Positions 1 through 11,380 are shown, numbered from the stretch's first letter. The stretch: 64,000 nucleotides of DNA from Chitinophagales bacterium (GCA_013816805.1 JACDDS010000019.1:11546-75545); one strand, 5' to 3'. Translations and numbers: made by a program. Notes: generated from the sequence alone by a model not told the origin.

Positions 1-793
1 GCTCGTTAAGAAGAATTTTATATTCCTTTTTTATATTATCACTATCAGAGGGTATCATAAATAACAAAAGGGAATTCCGCTCGATATGGCGGAGGAAGCG
101 ATGGCCAATTCCTTTACCTTCATGTGCACCTTCAATAATCCCAGGCAAATCAGCCATTACAAAGGACTTATTTTCCCTGTATCCTACTATGCCGAGCTGC
201 GGAACTAATGTAGTAAACGGATAATTTGCAATTTCCGGTTTTGCGGCACTCATGATTGAAAGCAGGGTTGACTTTCCAGCGTTCGGGAAACCAACCAGTC
301 CTACATCAGCAAGAAGCTTTAGCTCCAAAATTTTCCATCCTTCCTTTCCATGTTCACCATCCTGGGCATGCATGGGTACCTGGTTGGTGGCACTCCTGAA
401 ATGCCAGTTGCCAAGGCCACCTCTTCCGCCTTTTACTAAAATTTGTTCCTCCTTATCGCTATTAATTTCAAATAATACTTCATCGCGGTCTGCATCTTTA
501 GCCACGGTACCGAGCGGAACCTCCAGGATAATATCTTCTCCATTAGAACCTGTTTTATTGGCATCGCCCCCATGCCTTCCATCTTTTGCATGTACGTGTT
601 TACGATACTTTAAATGAAGCAATGTCCACAATTGCTTATTCCCACGTAAAATAATGTGCGCCCCGCGTCCGCCATCGCCGCCATCCGGGCCACCTTTCGC
701 AGTCAGCTTATCATGGCGGAAATGGACAATTCCCTTACCACCATTTCCACTCCTGCAAAAAATTTTTACATAATCAACAAAACTCGTTTCCAT
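1..793 (-). CDS. obg: GTPase Obg/CgtA. The N-terminal ~264 codons are present and the 3' end runs off the left edge of the window.
   Basis: The reverse-strand translation from the ATG at 793 reads [51 protein letters not shown]...[13 protein letters not shown]. These are the Obg fold glycine-rich motif and the G1 P-loop. The gene is missing from the ORF track because there is no stop in the window. The + strand ORFs 252..617 and 656..841 are its antisense shadows. Confidence 0.9.
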   Translation of the reverse strand, partial: METSFVDYVKIFCRSGNGGKGIVHFRHDKLTAKGGPDGGDGGRGAHIILRGNKQLWTLLHLKYRKHVHAKDGRHGGDANKTGSNGEDIILEVPLGTVAKDADRDEVLFEINSDKEEQILVKGGRGGLGNWHFRSATNQVPMHAQDGEHGKEGWKILELKLLADVGLVGFPNAGKSTLLSIMSAAKPEIANYPFTTLVPQLGIVGYRENKSFVMADLPGIIEGAHEGKGIGHRFLRHIERNSLLLFMIPSDSDNIKKEYKILLNE

Positions 794-975
794 CAATTAT
801 ATGGCGGCTTTACAACCGTGGTGTTAAATCAGATCAATTAATTTATTGCAAATATCAGGATACAAAAAAAAAGTCATTAGTCAAATGAAAAAAAATAGAA
901 ATAGCATTAGGGTTAGACTTTTAATACAAAGTCCTCAATTTTTTACCGGATGAATATTAGTACGGGAATAAAATA

Positions 976-1569
976 TCACTGATACACAGACCTGTTAGAT
1001 ATTGGATCAATTTGATTGCATAACGATGAAAATATTTCTTCTATTGATCCTTCCCCGTTCAGGGCCCTGAGCTTATTCTGTTTTTTATAGTAATCAATAA
1101 GCGGTGCTGTTTGATTATTATATACTGCGAGCCGCTTTGTAACCACTGACTGATCCTGGTCATCGCTTCTTCCTGAAAAAGAACCCCTTAACAGGATTCT
1201 TTTTATTAGTTCGTTATCATTCACCTGTAGGGCGAGCACAAGAGAAACCGGGGTATTTTTTGAAGAAAGAAAGGCATCCAGTGCATCAGCCTGGGCAATG
1301 GTGCGTGGGAATCCGTCAAAAATAATTCCTTTGGAGGTTGAATTTTTCTCAGTAAAATCTGCCAGAATACGGATGGTAAGGTCGTCCGGAACTAATTGTC
1401 CGGCTTCCATATACTGTTGAACTTCCAGGCCAAGGGCAGTATGATTTTTTAATTCATTGCGGAAAATATCACCTGTAGAAATATGCAGCAGATCGTATCT
1501 TTCTTTAAGCATGGTTGCCTGCGTTCCTTTGCCGCTGCCCGGTGGACCAAAAAGAATTAGGTTGAGCAT
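976..1569 (-). CDS. adk: adenylate kinase
   Basis: P-loop FGPPGSGKGTQ. Length of 197 aa and the LID/NMP-binding layout are typical of Adk. Confidence 0.95.
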   Translation of the reverse strand: MLNLILFGPPGSGKGTQATMLKERYDLLHISTGDIFRNELKNHTALGLEVQQYMEAGQLVPDDLTIRILADFTEKNSTSKGIIFDGFPRTIAQADALDAFLSSKNTPVSLVLALQVNDNELIKRILLRGSFSGRSDDQDQSVVTKRLAVYNNQTAPLIDYYKKQNKLRALNGEGSIEEIFSSLCNQIDPISNRSVYQ

Positions 1570-1678
1570 GATAGAAATTTCTTATAGAAAATAATGAAGT
1601 AATCCAGATTCCTTTTCTAACTTAAACAATAAGCGAACATTTATTTTTTCAAAATCTTAATATCATTATCTGCTTAAA

Positions 1679-2212
1679 TTAACATCTGACATAAATATCC
1701 TTTAGATTTCTTCCCAATCCATTATAATCCAATCCAAACCCCACTAAAAATTGATTTGGTACTTCAAATCCAATGTACTGCATCTCTACATAATGTTCAA
1801 GCGCTTCGGGTTTAAGCAGCAGCGTGGCAATAAGTACGCGGCGAGGGTTTAATATTTTTAGGGTGGGAATAAATTCACGTAAAGTGGTGCCTGAATCTAC
1901 AATGTCTTCCAGGATAACGATTGTTCTGCCACTGATATCTTTGTCAAGGCCAATAAGTGTTTTTATATCATGTGTGGAGCGTGTACCATCATAAGATGAA
2001 AGCTTAACAAAGGTTACTTCGCAGGTTATAGTTAAATCCTTAAGAAGATTGGCTGCAAACATAAAAGCTCCATTCAGTACGCCAATGAATAAGGGGAATT
2101 CGTGCTCCAATTCAACATTCATTCTGGTAGCCATTTCACTGATGCGGTCCCGGATAACATGGGCCGGAATGAATGACCGGAAATTTAAATCCTGGAGCGT
2201 AATTACTTCCAT
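1679..2212 (-). CDS. hpt: hypoxanthine phosphoribosyltransferase
   Basis: PRPP-binding motif IVILEDIVDSGTTL. 177 aa. Confidence 0.9.
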   Translation of the reverse strand: MEVITLQDLNFRSFIPAHVIRDRISEMATRMNVELEHEFPLFIGVLNGAFMFAANLLKDLTITCEVTFVKLSSYDGTRSTHDIKTLIGLDKDISGRTIVILEDIVDSGTTLREFIPTLKILNPRRVLIATLLLKPEALEHYVEMQYIGFEVPNQFLVGFGLDYNGLGRNLKDIYVRC

Positions 2213-2261
2213 ACGGTAAAAATAACTTTTTAGATATAAGACGTTAAGGATCTGTTATCCT

Positions 2262-3488
2262 CTATTCTTGTGCCATCCGGTAGTTATTCCTCGCTGCCTT
2301 CCAGGACGGGAACCATGCGGCTAATAAACCTATAGTGATAACTGTAAAGAACACCAGAATAAAATCTCCGATTTTCATGCGGACAGGATAGGAATCAATC
2401 ACAAATGAACCGCCATGGATTTTCAATACATGGAATTTTTGCTGGATCAGGATAATGATTAGAGCCAGGAAAAAACCGGTACAGCATCCTATAAATGACA
2501 GAAGAAATCCTTCGTACAAAAATATCCGGCGAATGAGCCTTTCATTGGCACCCATCGTTTTTAAAATCCCGATATCTTTCTTCTTCTCAATTACCAGCAT
2601 AGAAAGAGAACCTATAATATTAAAAGCAGCTACTATAAGAATAAAGGTAAGAATAGCATAAACAGCCCACTTCTCTGTTTTCATCACTTTGTAGAGTATT
2701 TCATTTTGCTGCAAGTGATTTTTCACTTCAAAACGAGTCCCGAAAAGTGCAGCCACCTGCTTTTGTACAGATGCATTATCGGCACCTTTATCCAGTGCCA
2801 CTTCCAGGGAAGTTATCTTATGTTTATTGCCTGTTAGCTGTCGTGCAAATTCTATAGGTACAAACACATACTTATTGTCAAATTCTGCCTGGATGGCAAA
2901 GCTGCCGGAAGGTTTAATTAAACCCTGATTAAATGCATCTTCCGGGTTAATTACCGTTTTTTTACCTTTTTTTGGAATGTATACTCCCAGGTATCCGAAG
3001 GGATCATTATAATTAATACCCAGCGCCTGCTGAATTCCCAAACCAATAACCGCAAAATTGCTTTCCTTATCCTTTAAAAAAAATGAACCTTCATACATTG
3101 CAGAATCAATGCCGGTAAGTGCTCCATAGTTTAGCTCAACTCCCTTTACGGTAGCTATATACTGTTTATCTCCGTAATTGAGCAAAGCATTTTCTTCAAC
3201 CACCTGGGATATTGCACGTACACCATTTATTGTTTTAAGGGAAGCAAGTACTGATGAGTCCGCTGAAAATGTTTTTCCTTCCCTGGCTGTGATGGTAAAG
3301 TCCGGAGTAAAAGTGTTATAGAGCGATATTACCAATCCTTCAAAACCATTAAAAACAGATAGTACAATAATTAACCCCATGGAGCCAACTACCATTCCCA
3401 ATACAGAAACCCAGGAAATTATATTGATAGCATTTGAGGATTTTTTTGAAATAAAATACCGGCGTGCAAACGTGAGCGCAAGATTCAT
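2262..3488 (-). CDS. FtsX-family ABC transporter permease (LolC/LolE-like)
   Basis: 408 aa. N-terminal TM, a large periplasmic domain, then three C-terminal TMs (FtsX/MacB layout). Confidence 0.8.
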   Translation of the reverse strand: MNLALTFARRYFISKKSSNAINIISWVSVLGMVVGSMGLIIVLSVFNGFEGLVISLYNTFTPDFTITAREGKTFSADSSVLASLKTINGVRAISQVVEENALLNYGDKQYIATVKGVELNYGALTGIDSAMYEGSFFLKDKESNFAVIGLGIQQALGINYNDPFGYLGVYIPKKGKKTVINPEDAFNQGLIKPSGSFAIQAEFDNKYVFVPIEFARQLTGNKHKITSLEVALDKGADNASVQKQVAALFGTRFEVKNHLQQNEILYKVMKTEKWAVYAILTFILIVAAFNIIGSLSMLVIEKKKDIGILKTMGANERLIRRIFLYEGFLLSFIGCCTGFFLALIIILIQQKFHVLKIHGGSFVIDSYPVRMKIGDFILVFFTVITIGLLAAWFPSWKAARNNYRMAQE

Positions 3489-3531
3489 TTAGTTAATTGA
3501 GAGTCAGATATTCTATTGCTCAACCAGTTCT

Positions 3532-3888
3532 TCACATATCATTTTTCTTGATCTGTTTGAAAATTTCCTCTATACGGAATACTTGTTCGAGAGAATCATC
3601 CAAATAAAAATGCAATTCAGGAATTCGGCGAACCTGGTTGCGGATTTTATTACCGAGCTTGTGACGAAGTTCATTTTCCGACGCCTCTATCTCTTTAATA
3701 AACTTATCCTGATCTTTTATTTGAAATAAGCTCAAATAAATTTTTGCAATCAGCAAATCAGGAGACATAGTAACATGCGATATAGTCATCATACCGCCCT
3801 GAGCCATCGAAAGGTTTTCCCGCTGAAAAATATCACTCAGCACTTCTTTCACCAGCTTTGCTATTTTTTTCTGCTTTATCGTTTCCAT
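3532..3888 (-). CDS. rbfA: ribosome-binding factor A
   Basis: 118 aa. The N-terminal KIAKLVKEVLSDIF and the RIPELHFYLDDS segment are typical of RbfA. Confidence 0.9.
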   Translation of the reverse strand: METIKQKKIAKLVKEVLSDIFQRENLSMAQGGMMTISHVTMSPDLLIAKIYLSLFQIKDQDKFIKEIEASENELRHKLGNKIRNQVRRIPELHFYLDDSLEQVFRIEEIFKQIKKNDM

Positions 3889-4136
3889 CCCTTCAGTTTA
3901 ATACCAATAGAAACGAATTTAATGCAATAATGTGCAACAGCAGGAATATTTTTTATGTAATTATAAATAGCAGTTTTTGAAACGGGAAAGTTTATGATCT
4001 TTGAATTTTCCGGTACTTATATGAATATGTATTTTTTAATCAAAAACAAATTATCTCCGGTTACATCGCCAATAATTTGCCAGGCGGCAGCATTTCATGA
4101 AATCGAATGTTCAATGTATGAAAGCCTGGATTTATT

Positions 4137-5963
4137 GTGAAAACCTATTTCCGCCTGCTTTCTTTCTCAAAACCTTATTCAGGCTTTCTTCCTGAATATA
4201 TAGTGTTGGCTACATTAAGTATTCTGTTCGGAGCTGTAAACTTTTCGTTGCTTATTCCTTTACTAAATGTTTTGTTCGGAGGCGCAACGGTGCATGAGCA
4301 ATTTATAAAACCTTCTTTTTCCTTTTCTGCTTCTTATTTTATTTCACTTTTCAATTACTATTTTAATACCATCCTTGCAAGCAGCGGCAAAGAAGGAGCG
4401 TTAAAATATGTATGCGCATTAATTCTGGTTTGTAATCTTTTTGCCAACATTTTCAGGTATTGGGCTCAGCGTGTACTTACCCGCATGCGAACGCGCCTGA
4501 TCCGGAACCTGAGACAGGAGGTACATGAAAAATACGTTACCCTCGACCCCGGATTTTTTCAGCGTCAGAAAAAAGGAAACCTTCTTTCAATCATCTCAAA
4601 CGATGTGCAGGAAGTTGAAAATTCAGTAGTCTCCTCCATGCAGGTAATCTTCAGAGACCCCTTCACTATTATAGCGTACTTCATTTTGTTATTTGCTATA
4701 TCAGCACAGCTTACCTTTTTCACCATTTTATTTCTGCCTGTTTCCGGTTTCCTTATCAGTTCCTTTACAAGACGATTGAAAAAAGAGGCGGGATCTATTC
4801 AGCAAGTGCTTGGAAATATATTATCTGTGACTGAAGAGACCATCAGCGGTTCAAAAATTATTCGTGCATTTAATGCTGAATGGCTGCAGCAAAAAAAGTT
4901 TAAAACGGAAAATGATGAGTTTAGAAGCCTTGTTAAATCCCAGGTTAATAAACGCGAGCTTGCTGCACCATCCGCCGAATTCCTGGGTATCTCAGTAGTG
5001 ATTGTTGTAATTATTTATGGAGGATTAATGGTGCTGCACCATGACTCAGGCATTTCTGCCAGCTCACTGATAGCTTACATTGCATTATATTCCCAAATAT
5101 TAACACCCGCCAGAAATATTTCGGGAGCTGTTACCAGTATACAGCGGGGTCTGGCAGCAGGTGAACGGGTAATAGCTATTGTAGATTCCCCTATAATGAT
5201 TTTGGATAGTCACGAAGCCATGCCATTGGATGCGTTCAGCCGGAAGATTGAATACAAAAATGTATCGTTTGGTTATGAAGAAAAACGGTTTGCTTTAAAC
5301 CACGTAAGTATAACCATTAATAAAGGAATGGTGATAGCTTTAGTCGGGCCGTCCGGTTCGGGTAAAACCACATTGGCAGATCTACTCCCGAGATTTTATG
5401 ATCCTACGGAAGGTGAAATCTTACTGGATGGGGTTAATATCAAGAGTTTCAGGTTGAAAGATTTAAGAAATATGATGGGTATTGTTACACAGGAACCTAT
5501 TTTATTTAATGATACGGTATTTAATAACATAGCCTTTGGAATAAAGGATGTTTCTGATGAAGACGTGCACTATGCTGCAACTGTCGCTAATGCACATGAC
5601 TTTATTATGCGTATGGAAAAGGGATACCACACATTTATAGGTGACCGGGGAAGTAAATTAAGCGGCGGAGAGAAGCAGCGCCTTACCATTGCAAGAGCAG
5701 TTTTAAAAAATCCGCCCATCCTGATTTTGGATGAAGCAACTTCATCATTAGACACAGAATCAGAAAGACTGGTGCAAGACGCATTATTTAAGCTGATGAA
5801 AAACCGGACAAGCATTGTGATCGCACACCGCCTGTCCACTATTCAGAACGCTGACGAAATAATGGTGCTTCGAAAGGGCTGTCTGGAAGAACAGGGTACG
5901 CATGCTGCACTGATTGCAAAAAATGGATTATACAAACACCTGGTCGACTTGCAAATGCTTTAG
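4137..5963 (+). CDS. ABC transporter, fused permease/ATPase (MsbA-like exporter)
   Basis: Six-TM N-terminal half. Walker A GPSGSGKTT, signature LSGGEKQR, Walker B ILILDEATS. GTG start. Confidence 0.85.
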   Translation: MKTYFRLLSFSKPYSGFLPEYIVLATLSILFGAVNFSLLIPLLNVLFGGATVHEQFIKPSFSFSASYFISLFNYYFNTILASSGKEGALKYVCALILVCNLFANIFRYWAQRVLTRMRTRLIRNLRQEVHEKYVTLDPGFFQRQKKGNLLSIISNDVQEVENSVVSSMQVIFRDPFTIIAYFILLFAISAQLTFFTILFLPVSGFLISSFTRRLKKEAGSIQQVLGNILSVTEETISGSKIIRAFNAEWLQQKKFKTENDEFRSLVKSQVNKRELAAPSAEFLGISVVIVVIIYGGLMVLHHDSGISASSLIAYIALYSQILTPARNISGAVTSIQRGLAAGERVIAIVDSPIMILDSHEAMPLDAFSRKIEYKNVSFGYEEKRFALNHVSITINKGMVIALVGPSGSGKTTLADLLPRFYDPTEGEILLDGVNIKSFRLKDLRNMMGIVTQEPILFNDTVFNNIAFGIKDVSDEDVHYAATVANAHDFIMRMEKGYHTFIGDRGSKLSGGEKQRLTIARAVLKNPPILILDEATSSLDTESERLVQDALFKLMKNRTSIVIAHRLSTIQNADEIMVLRKGCLEEQGTHAALIAKNGLYKHLVDLQML

Positions 5964-6032
5964 TATAATTCATACTCCCGGCACTTTAAATGTGTTTCCG
6001 GTACAGGCTTACTTGAAATAATTTGAAAACAT

Positions 6033-6605
6033 ATGGCAAATTCCTATTGTGCAGCAGTGAGGACAATGGACTCTGAAAGTGTCCATAAAAAATATCATGA
6101 CAATGAGTATGGCTTTCCTATTGATGATGATAATTTATTGTTTGAAAGATTAATTCTTGAAATAAACCAGGCCGGTCTTTCCTGGTCTACTATTCTGAAC
6201 AAGAAAGAAAATTTTGAAAAAGCTTTTCATGAATTCAATATAAGTACAGTTGCATTATATAAAGAAAAGGATGTAAACAGATTATTGAATGATGCCGGCA
6301 TTATTCGCAATCGACTCAAGATTGCAGCAGCTATAGAAAACGCGAAGCGAATTAGAACGCTTCAAAAAAGGTATAGATCATTCAAACAATGGCTGGATCA
6401 TCATCATCCTCAAACAAAAGAAAATTGGGTTAAAATTTTTAAAGAGACTTTTTTATTTACAGGTGTCGAAATTATAAATGAATTTTTGATGAGCACAGGC
6501 TATTTACCCGGGGCCCACGATAAGAATTGCCCTGTTTACAAAATAATATTAAAGCAAAGTCCGCCCTGGTCATTGTCTGTATCAAAGCCTGCCGGTCAAG
6601 TTTAA
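6033..6605 (+). CDS. tag: DNA-3-methyladenine glycosylase I
   Basis: YHDNEYGFP...LILEINQAGLSWSTIL...IIRNRLKI motifs of the Tag family. Confidence 0.9.
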   Translation: MANSYCAAVRTMDSESVHKKYHDNEYGFPIDDDNLLFERLILEINQAGLSWSTILNKKENFEKAFHEFNISTVALYKEKDVNRLLNDAGIIRNRLKIAAAIENAKRIRTLQKRYRSFKQWLDHHHPQTKENWVKIFKETFLFTGVEIINEFLMSTGYLPGAHDKNCPVYKIILKQSPPWSLSVSKPAGQV

Positions 6606-6677
6606 AAAAAATCCAAAATAAATAGTTAAACATTTGTTTAAAACAAGTGTTTAATTAATTTTGCGGGCAATTGTAAT

Positions 6678-7301
6678 ATGGCAACAGACAAAAGGGAGCA
6701 ATTACTCACTGCTGCAGAGGAACTCTTTGGTGAAAAAGGTTTTGAAGGCACTTCAACACGGATGCTGGCCCAGAAGGCCCACATGAATGTAGCCATGGTT
6801 TCTTACTATTTCGGATCAAAGGAAAAAATGTTCGAGGAGCTGGTGCGCCGAAAAACTGAAAAAACCGGTATTGTTATAGACCGTGCCGAAGAGGAGATGA
6901 AAAACCCTGTAGAAAAAATGGAGGTTATCATAGATGTTTTTGTGGAAAATATCATGACCTACCGTCGTTTCCACAGGATTATGTGGCGGGAGCTCACACT
7001 CGATCAGCGCCCTGAATTAAATGAAAAGATTGGAGAGCTTTTGTTTCAAAATAAAAGAAAAATATATAAAATAATTGAACAGGGAATTAAGAGCGGCTAT
7101 TTCCGCAAAGTGGATATCGATCTTAGCATCACAAGTATTTTTGGCACCATAAATTCATTGCTTATCTCAGAAAAGCTAACGCTCAGGATGAGTGGTAAAA
7201 AAAATGTAAATCAATTGTATCCGTCATTACTGGTAAGACTGAAAGCATATTTAAAAGATTGGTTGTATGTGTATTTAAGTGTAAAAAGAAAAGTCAGGTG
7301 A
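6678..7301 (+). CDS. TetR/AcrR-family transcriptional regulator
   Basis: N-terminal HTH FGEKGFEGTSTRMLAQKAHMNVAMVSYYFGSKEKMF. It sits directly upstream of the efflux genes. Confidence 0.85.
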   Translation: MATDKREQLLTAAEELFGEKGFEGTSTRMLAQKAHMNVAMVSYYFGSKEKMFEELVRRKTEKTGIVIDRAEEEMKNPVEKMEVIIDVFVENIMTYRRFHRIMWRELTLDQRPELNEKIGELLFQNKRKIYKIIEQGIKSGYFRKVDIDLSITSIFGTINSLLISEKLTLRMSGKKNVNQLYPSLLVRLKAYLKDWLYVYLSVKRKVR

Positions 7302-7344
7302 AATATAAACTTTTGGATTTGTGAAATGTTTTGAAACAGAAAAT

Positions 7345-8679
7345 ATGCTAAAACAAATTTTTTTTGCAGGTATCAGTTTTCTCGGGCTGTTTGTTCATTC
7401 GCAAGTTTTCGCACAAACTGCAACGGTAATTACTCTCGATGAAGTGATCCTGAAAGGATTGAATTATAATAAGACATTAAAAATATCGCACTATAAAACC
7501 GACGTTCAAAAAGCCCGGTATTACGAAATAAGGTCTTCTATATACCCACAATTAAACTTAAGTGCAAGCTATACCCGCCTCAGTAACGTGAATGAACCCC
7601 TCATCCATATACCGGGGCAGGAAGGAGGTTTTTCATTTCCTTCACTTGTAAATAATTACTACTCACGCATTTCTTTGGCACAACCCATATTTGCAGGTTT
7701 TCGTCTGAAAGCTGCTACAGAGCTTTTCCGGGATAATATCCTTGCTTCACAAGTTGATTCGCAAATAGATTCACTTGTTGTTGTTATAGATCTTGTAACT
7801 CTTTACATCAATTTATATAAAGCACAGCTTAATCTGGATGTAAACAGGAATAATATACTTCAGATTGACCAGCACTTGAAAGAAGTTTCTGATTTTGAGA
7901 AAGCAGGAATGGCTTTAAAAAATGATGTGCTGAAAGTGCAATTGGAGAAATCAAATGCTCAGCAGTCTCTGCTGGATGCAGAAAATGCCGTTAAAATGGC
8001 TTCTTTCAACCTGTCCCTCCAGTTAGGCATGCCACCTGAAAATGTAATACAGACAGATACGGCTGCCCTGGTTCAACCTTTAGAAATAAAATCTTACGAC
8101 TATTATTTAGAGGAGGCACTTAGAAGCAGACCTGAGTTAAAGGCCAGTGATTTGCGGGCAGATGCCGCAGTAAAAAATATTAAAATATCCAGGGGTAACT
8201 ATTACCCTTCTGTAAATTTTACCGCTAATGGCTACTATGCTAACCCCAACATAAGGGTAATTCCCAGTGAGCAAAAGTGGGTAGGTACCTGGGATGCAGG
8301 CATCGGAATAGCGTGGGATATCACCGGTTTATTTACTAATAAGTATAAAATAGAGGAAGCAAACACTAATCTTCTTCAATTACAAACGTTGCATGACCAG
8401 GAATCAGATGCAATAAAAGCGGAAGTATATCATAATTATCTTACTGCAATCTCAGCAACCAGGAAGATCGAGTTAAGCCAGCAGGCCCTTCAGGAAGCTG
8501 TTTTAAATTATGCGACTGAAAACAACCGTTATCTGAACCAATTGATATTATTATCAGATCTCACCGATGCCAATGTTGCATTGCTTTCTGCGCGTTTAAA
8601 TGCTGTGAATACAAAGGCGGATGCTGTACTTGCTTACTACCGGTTGCTGAAATCAACAGGTAACTTAAACTATAAATGA
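7345..8679 (+). CDS. TolC-family outer-membrane efflux protein
   Basis: Signal peptide MLKQIFFAGISFLGLFVHSQVFAQ and duplicated OEP-type coiled-coil/beta repeats. I prefer the ATG at 7345 over the GTG at 7321 given in the ORF track. Confidence 0.8.
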   Translation: MLKQIFFAGISFLGLFVHSQVFAQTATVITLDEVILKGLNYNKTLKISHYKTDVQKARYYEIRSSIYPQLNLSASYTRLSNVNEPLIHIPGQEGGFSFPSLVNNYYSRISLAQPIFAGFRLKAATELFRDNILASQVDSQIDSLVVVIDLVTLYINLYKAQLNLDVNRNNILQIDQHLKEVSDFEKAGMALKNDVLKVQLEKSNAQQSLLDAENAVKMASFNLSLQLGMPPENVIQTDTAALVQPLEIKSYDYYLEEALRSRPELKASDLRADAAVKNIKISRGNYYPSVNFTANGYYANPNIRVIPSEQKWVGTWDAGIGIAWDITGLFTNKYKIEEANTNLLQLQTLHDQESDAIKAEVYHNYLTAISATRKIELSQQALQEAVLNYATENNRYLNQLILLSDLTDANVALLSARLNAVNTKADAVLAYYRLLKSTGNLNYK

Positions 8680-8695
8680 TTTAAAGCTTATATAA

Positions 8696-9745
8696 ATGGA
8701 AAACCAGGTTCCTGAAAAAAAGAAAAAAAGTCGAATTCCTTTTATTGTCTTAGGAATAGTCCTCATTGTCGCTGCTTACTTTGGCATCACAAAATACATT
8801 TATGCGCAGCATCATGAGACCACGGATGATGCGCAAATTGACGGGAATATCAGCCCGGTGCTACCCCGCATTGGCGGATACGTTACGTGGGTTCTGGTTG
8901 CAGATAACCAGCCCGTAAAAGAAGGTGATACGCTTATTTTACTTGATACACGTGATTTACAGATTAAGCTTGTACAGGCGGAAGCTGCATTAGCCAATGC
9001 TCAGGCTGCAGTTGGTGTTTCACAAGCGGGCGTATCCACTGCTGCTGCCAATTTTGAAACAGCAAAATCTAGTATAAATGCAACCAGGGTACGTCAATGG
9101 AAAACAAAAGCAGATTATGACAGGTATCAAAACCTGTTAACATCAGGATCCGCAACCCAGCAACAGTTTGATGCGCTTAAGGCGGAAAAGGAAACGGCGG
9201 ATGAACAATATAATGTAGTAGTGAAGCAGCAGGTAGCTGCCCGGAAGCAATACGATGCCTCGTTTCAACAGGTAACTGTTGCCCAGTCTGTGGTGAAACA
9301 GCGGCAGGCTGATGTTGATTTTGCAAAGCTGCAACTGACGTATGCAATTATTACATCTCCAGCCACAGGACTGGTGGCAAGAAAGAATGTCCAGGTAGGG
9401 CAACTCATTCAACCCGGGCAACCACTGCTTTCTATCGTTTCGGATTCTTCTATATGGGTAACGGCGAATTTTAAAGAAACTCAGGTCGATGAAATTCAGC
9501 CGGGACAGAAGGTGAAAATTACGGCCGATGCTTTCCCGGGAAAAGAATTTATGGGACAGGTAAATTCTTTTTCAGGAGCTACAGGAGCCCGGTTTGCATT
9601 GTTACCTCCGGATAATGCCTCTGGTAATTTTGTTAAAGTGGTGCAAAGGGTCCCCGTAAAAATAGAGTTTACTGGAAAGGATAAAGAGCTGAATCTACTG
9701 CGGCCGGGTATGAGTGTATATGTGGCTATAAGTACATCAGATTAG
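8696..9745 (+). CDS. HlyD/EmrA-family membrane fusion protein
   Basis: Single N-terminal TM, a long Ala/Gln-rich coiled coil, and a C-terminal beta-barrel segment (ITSPATGLVARKNVQVGQ). Confidence 0.85.
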   Translation: MENQVPEKKKKSRIPFIVLGIVLIVAAYFGITKYIYAQHHETTDDAQIDGNISPVLPRIGGYVTWVLVADNQPVKEGDTLILLDTRDLQIKLVQAEAALANAQAAVGVSQAGVSTAAANFETAKSSINATRVRQWKTKADYDRYQNLLTSGSATQQQFDALKAEKETADEQYNVVVKQQVAARKQYDASFQQVTVAQSVVKQRQADVDFAKLQLTYAIITSPATGLVARKNVQVGQLIQPGQPLLSIVSDSSIWVTANFKETQVDEIQPGQKVKITADAFPGKEFMGQVNSFSGATGARFALLPPDNASGNFVKVVQRVPVKIEFTGKDKELNLLRPGMSVYVAISTSD

Positions 9746-9790
9746 AGAGGCGGGATCAAATTTATTAGCCTCTGTATATAATTTTTTGCT

Positions 9791-11338
9791 ATGTCAGAAA
9801 CCGGAAGTCGAAAATGGATCGTCACAATTACAGTGATCCTGGCAGCATTGCTAGAGTTAATAGATACCACGGTGGTGAATGTATCTCTGCCGCAGATCAT
9901 GGGTAATTTAGGGGCCACTCTCAGTGAAGTAGGATGGGTGGTTACCTCTTATGCAATTGCAAACGTGATTATTGTACCCATGACCGGCTGGCTTTCATCA
10001 AAGTTTGGCAGAAAAAATTATTTCACCTTTTCCATATTATTATTTACCGCTGCATCGTTTTTTTGCGGGAATGCAAACAACATCTGGGAGCTTGTCGCAT
10101 TTCGTTTTATACAGGGCATAGGCGGTGGCGCTTTACTTTCATCTTCACAGGCAATTCTTTATGAAACATTTCCAAAAGAGGAAATGGGTTTAGCCTCCGC
10201 TATGTTTGGAATGGGTATAATTATAGGGCCCACAATTGGTCCCACTCTTGGTGGCTATATTACTGATCATTTTTCATGGCCATGGGTCTTTTATATTAAT
10301 CTTCCATTGGGCATTATTGCAGCTTTACTCACGGTTGCATATGTGCGTGAGCCAGAGCACAAGCGGGATACCTCCACAATTGACTGGATTGGGATCGGGC
10401 TGCTGATTGTCGGTATAGGCTCTCTTCAAACATTGTTAGAAAGGGGGCAAGATGAGGATTGGTTTTCGTCCCGGCTCATCATTGTGCTTACTGTTTGCGC
10501 TGCTGCAGGACTTATTGGTTTTGTCTGGCATGAATTAACCACTGAGCATCCGGTGGTTGACCTTAGAGTATTGCGAAACCGATCTTTAGCTCTCGGTACA
10601 ATATTTACTTTCATCCTGGGGTTCGGACTTTTTTCTACCGTATTTATCATACCCATTTTTACACAGAATTTATTGGGTTTTACTGCTCAGCAGACCGGAT
10701 TATTATTACTTCCGGGAAGTTTGTTCAGTGGTTTTATGATGCCATTTGTAGGTACGGCTTTAAAAAAAGGTATGCGGCCACAGATATTGTCAGCCGGAGG
10801 ATTTATATTGTTTTTTGTTTTTGTATACTGGATGTCCGGTTTTAACGCAGATGTAGGACAAGGAAATTTTGTAATCCCACTTATCATCAGGGGCGCCGGG
10901 TTAGGATTATTATTTGTACCGATCACTACCATGGCATTATCCGGCCTTGCACCTAAAGATATTCCGCAGGGTACAGGATTAACCAATATGATGAGGCAAC
11001 TTGGTGGCTCTTTCGGTATTGCATTAGTAGGAACATTTTTGCAACACCGTGTGGCTTTTCACCGCGCTGACCTGGTATCCTATATTAATGATTACAGTAT
11101 TTCATTTCAAAACCGTATCAGCAGTTACCAGCAAAACTTTATTGCAAAAGGATATTCAATAAGCGATGCTCAGCAGTTGGCCTATAGAGCTATAGACGGA
11201 GCAATAACCAAACAAGCTTTTCTGCTAAGCTATCTGGATATATTTTTAGCCATTGGTGTTTTCTTTTTATGCTGCATCCCACTGTTATTTTTTGTTCGGT
11301 TGAAAAAGAGTGCGCAACCTATAATGGGAGGCCATTAA
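9791..11338 (+). CDS. MFS drug:H+ antiporter, DHA2 (EmrB/QacA) family
   Basis: 515 aa with about 14 TM segments and MFS motif A-like GWLSSKFGRK. It is the last gene of the TetR-TolC-HlyD-MFS cluster. Confidence 0.9.
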   Translation: MSETGSRKWIVTITVILAALLELIDTTVVNVSLPQIMGNLGATLSEVGWVVTSYAIANVIIVPMTGWLSSKFGRKNYFTFSILLFTAASFFCGNANNIWELVAFRFIQGIGGGALLSSSQAILYETFPKEEMGLASAMFGMGIIIGPTIGPTLGGYITDHFSWPWVFYINLPLGIIAALLTVAYVREPEHKRDTSTIDWIGIGLLIVGIGSLQTLLERGQDEDWFSSRLIIVLTVCAAAGLIGFVWHELTTEHPVVDLRVLRNRSLALGTIFTFILGFGLFSTVFIIPIFTQNLLGFTAQQTGLLLLPGSLFSGFMMPFVGTALKKGMRPQILSAGGFILFFVFVYWMSGFNADVGQGNFVIPLIIRGAGLGLLFVPITTMALSGLAPKDIPQGTGLTNMMRQLGGSFGIALVGTFLQHRVAFHRADLVSYINDYSISFQNRISSYQQNFIAKGYSISDAQQLAYRAIDGAITKQAFLLSYLDIFLAIGVFFLCCIPLLFFVRLKKSAQPIMGGH

Positions 11339-11380
11339 TTAACTTTCCTGGGTACTGAATTTTTTGCTTTAATATTTTTT

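Noticed and set aside
252-841. Two + strand ORFs (121 aa and 61 aa) listed in the ORF track.
   Set aside because: They lie antisense to a clear Obg coding sequence on the minus strand. Their translations are Pro/Ser/Cys-rich low-complexity sequences typical of shadow frames.
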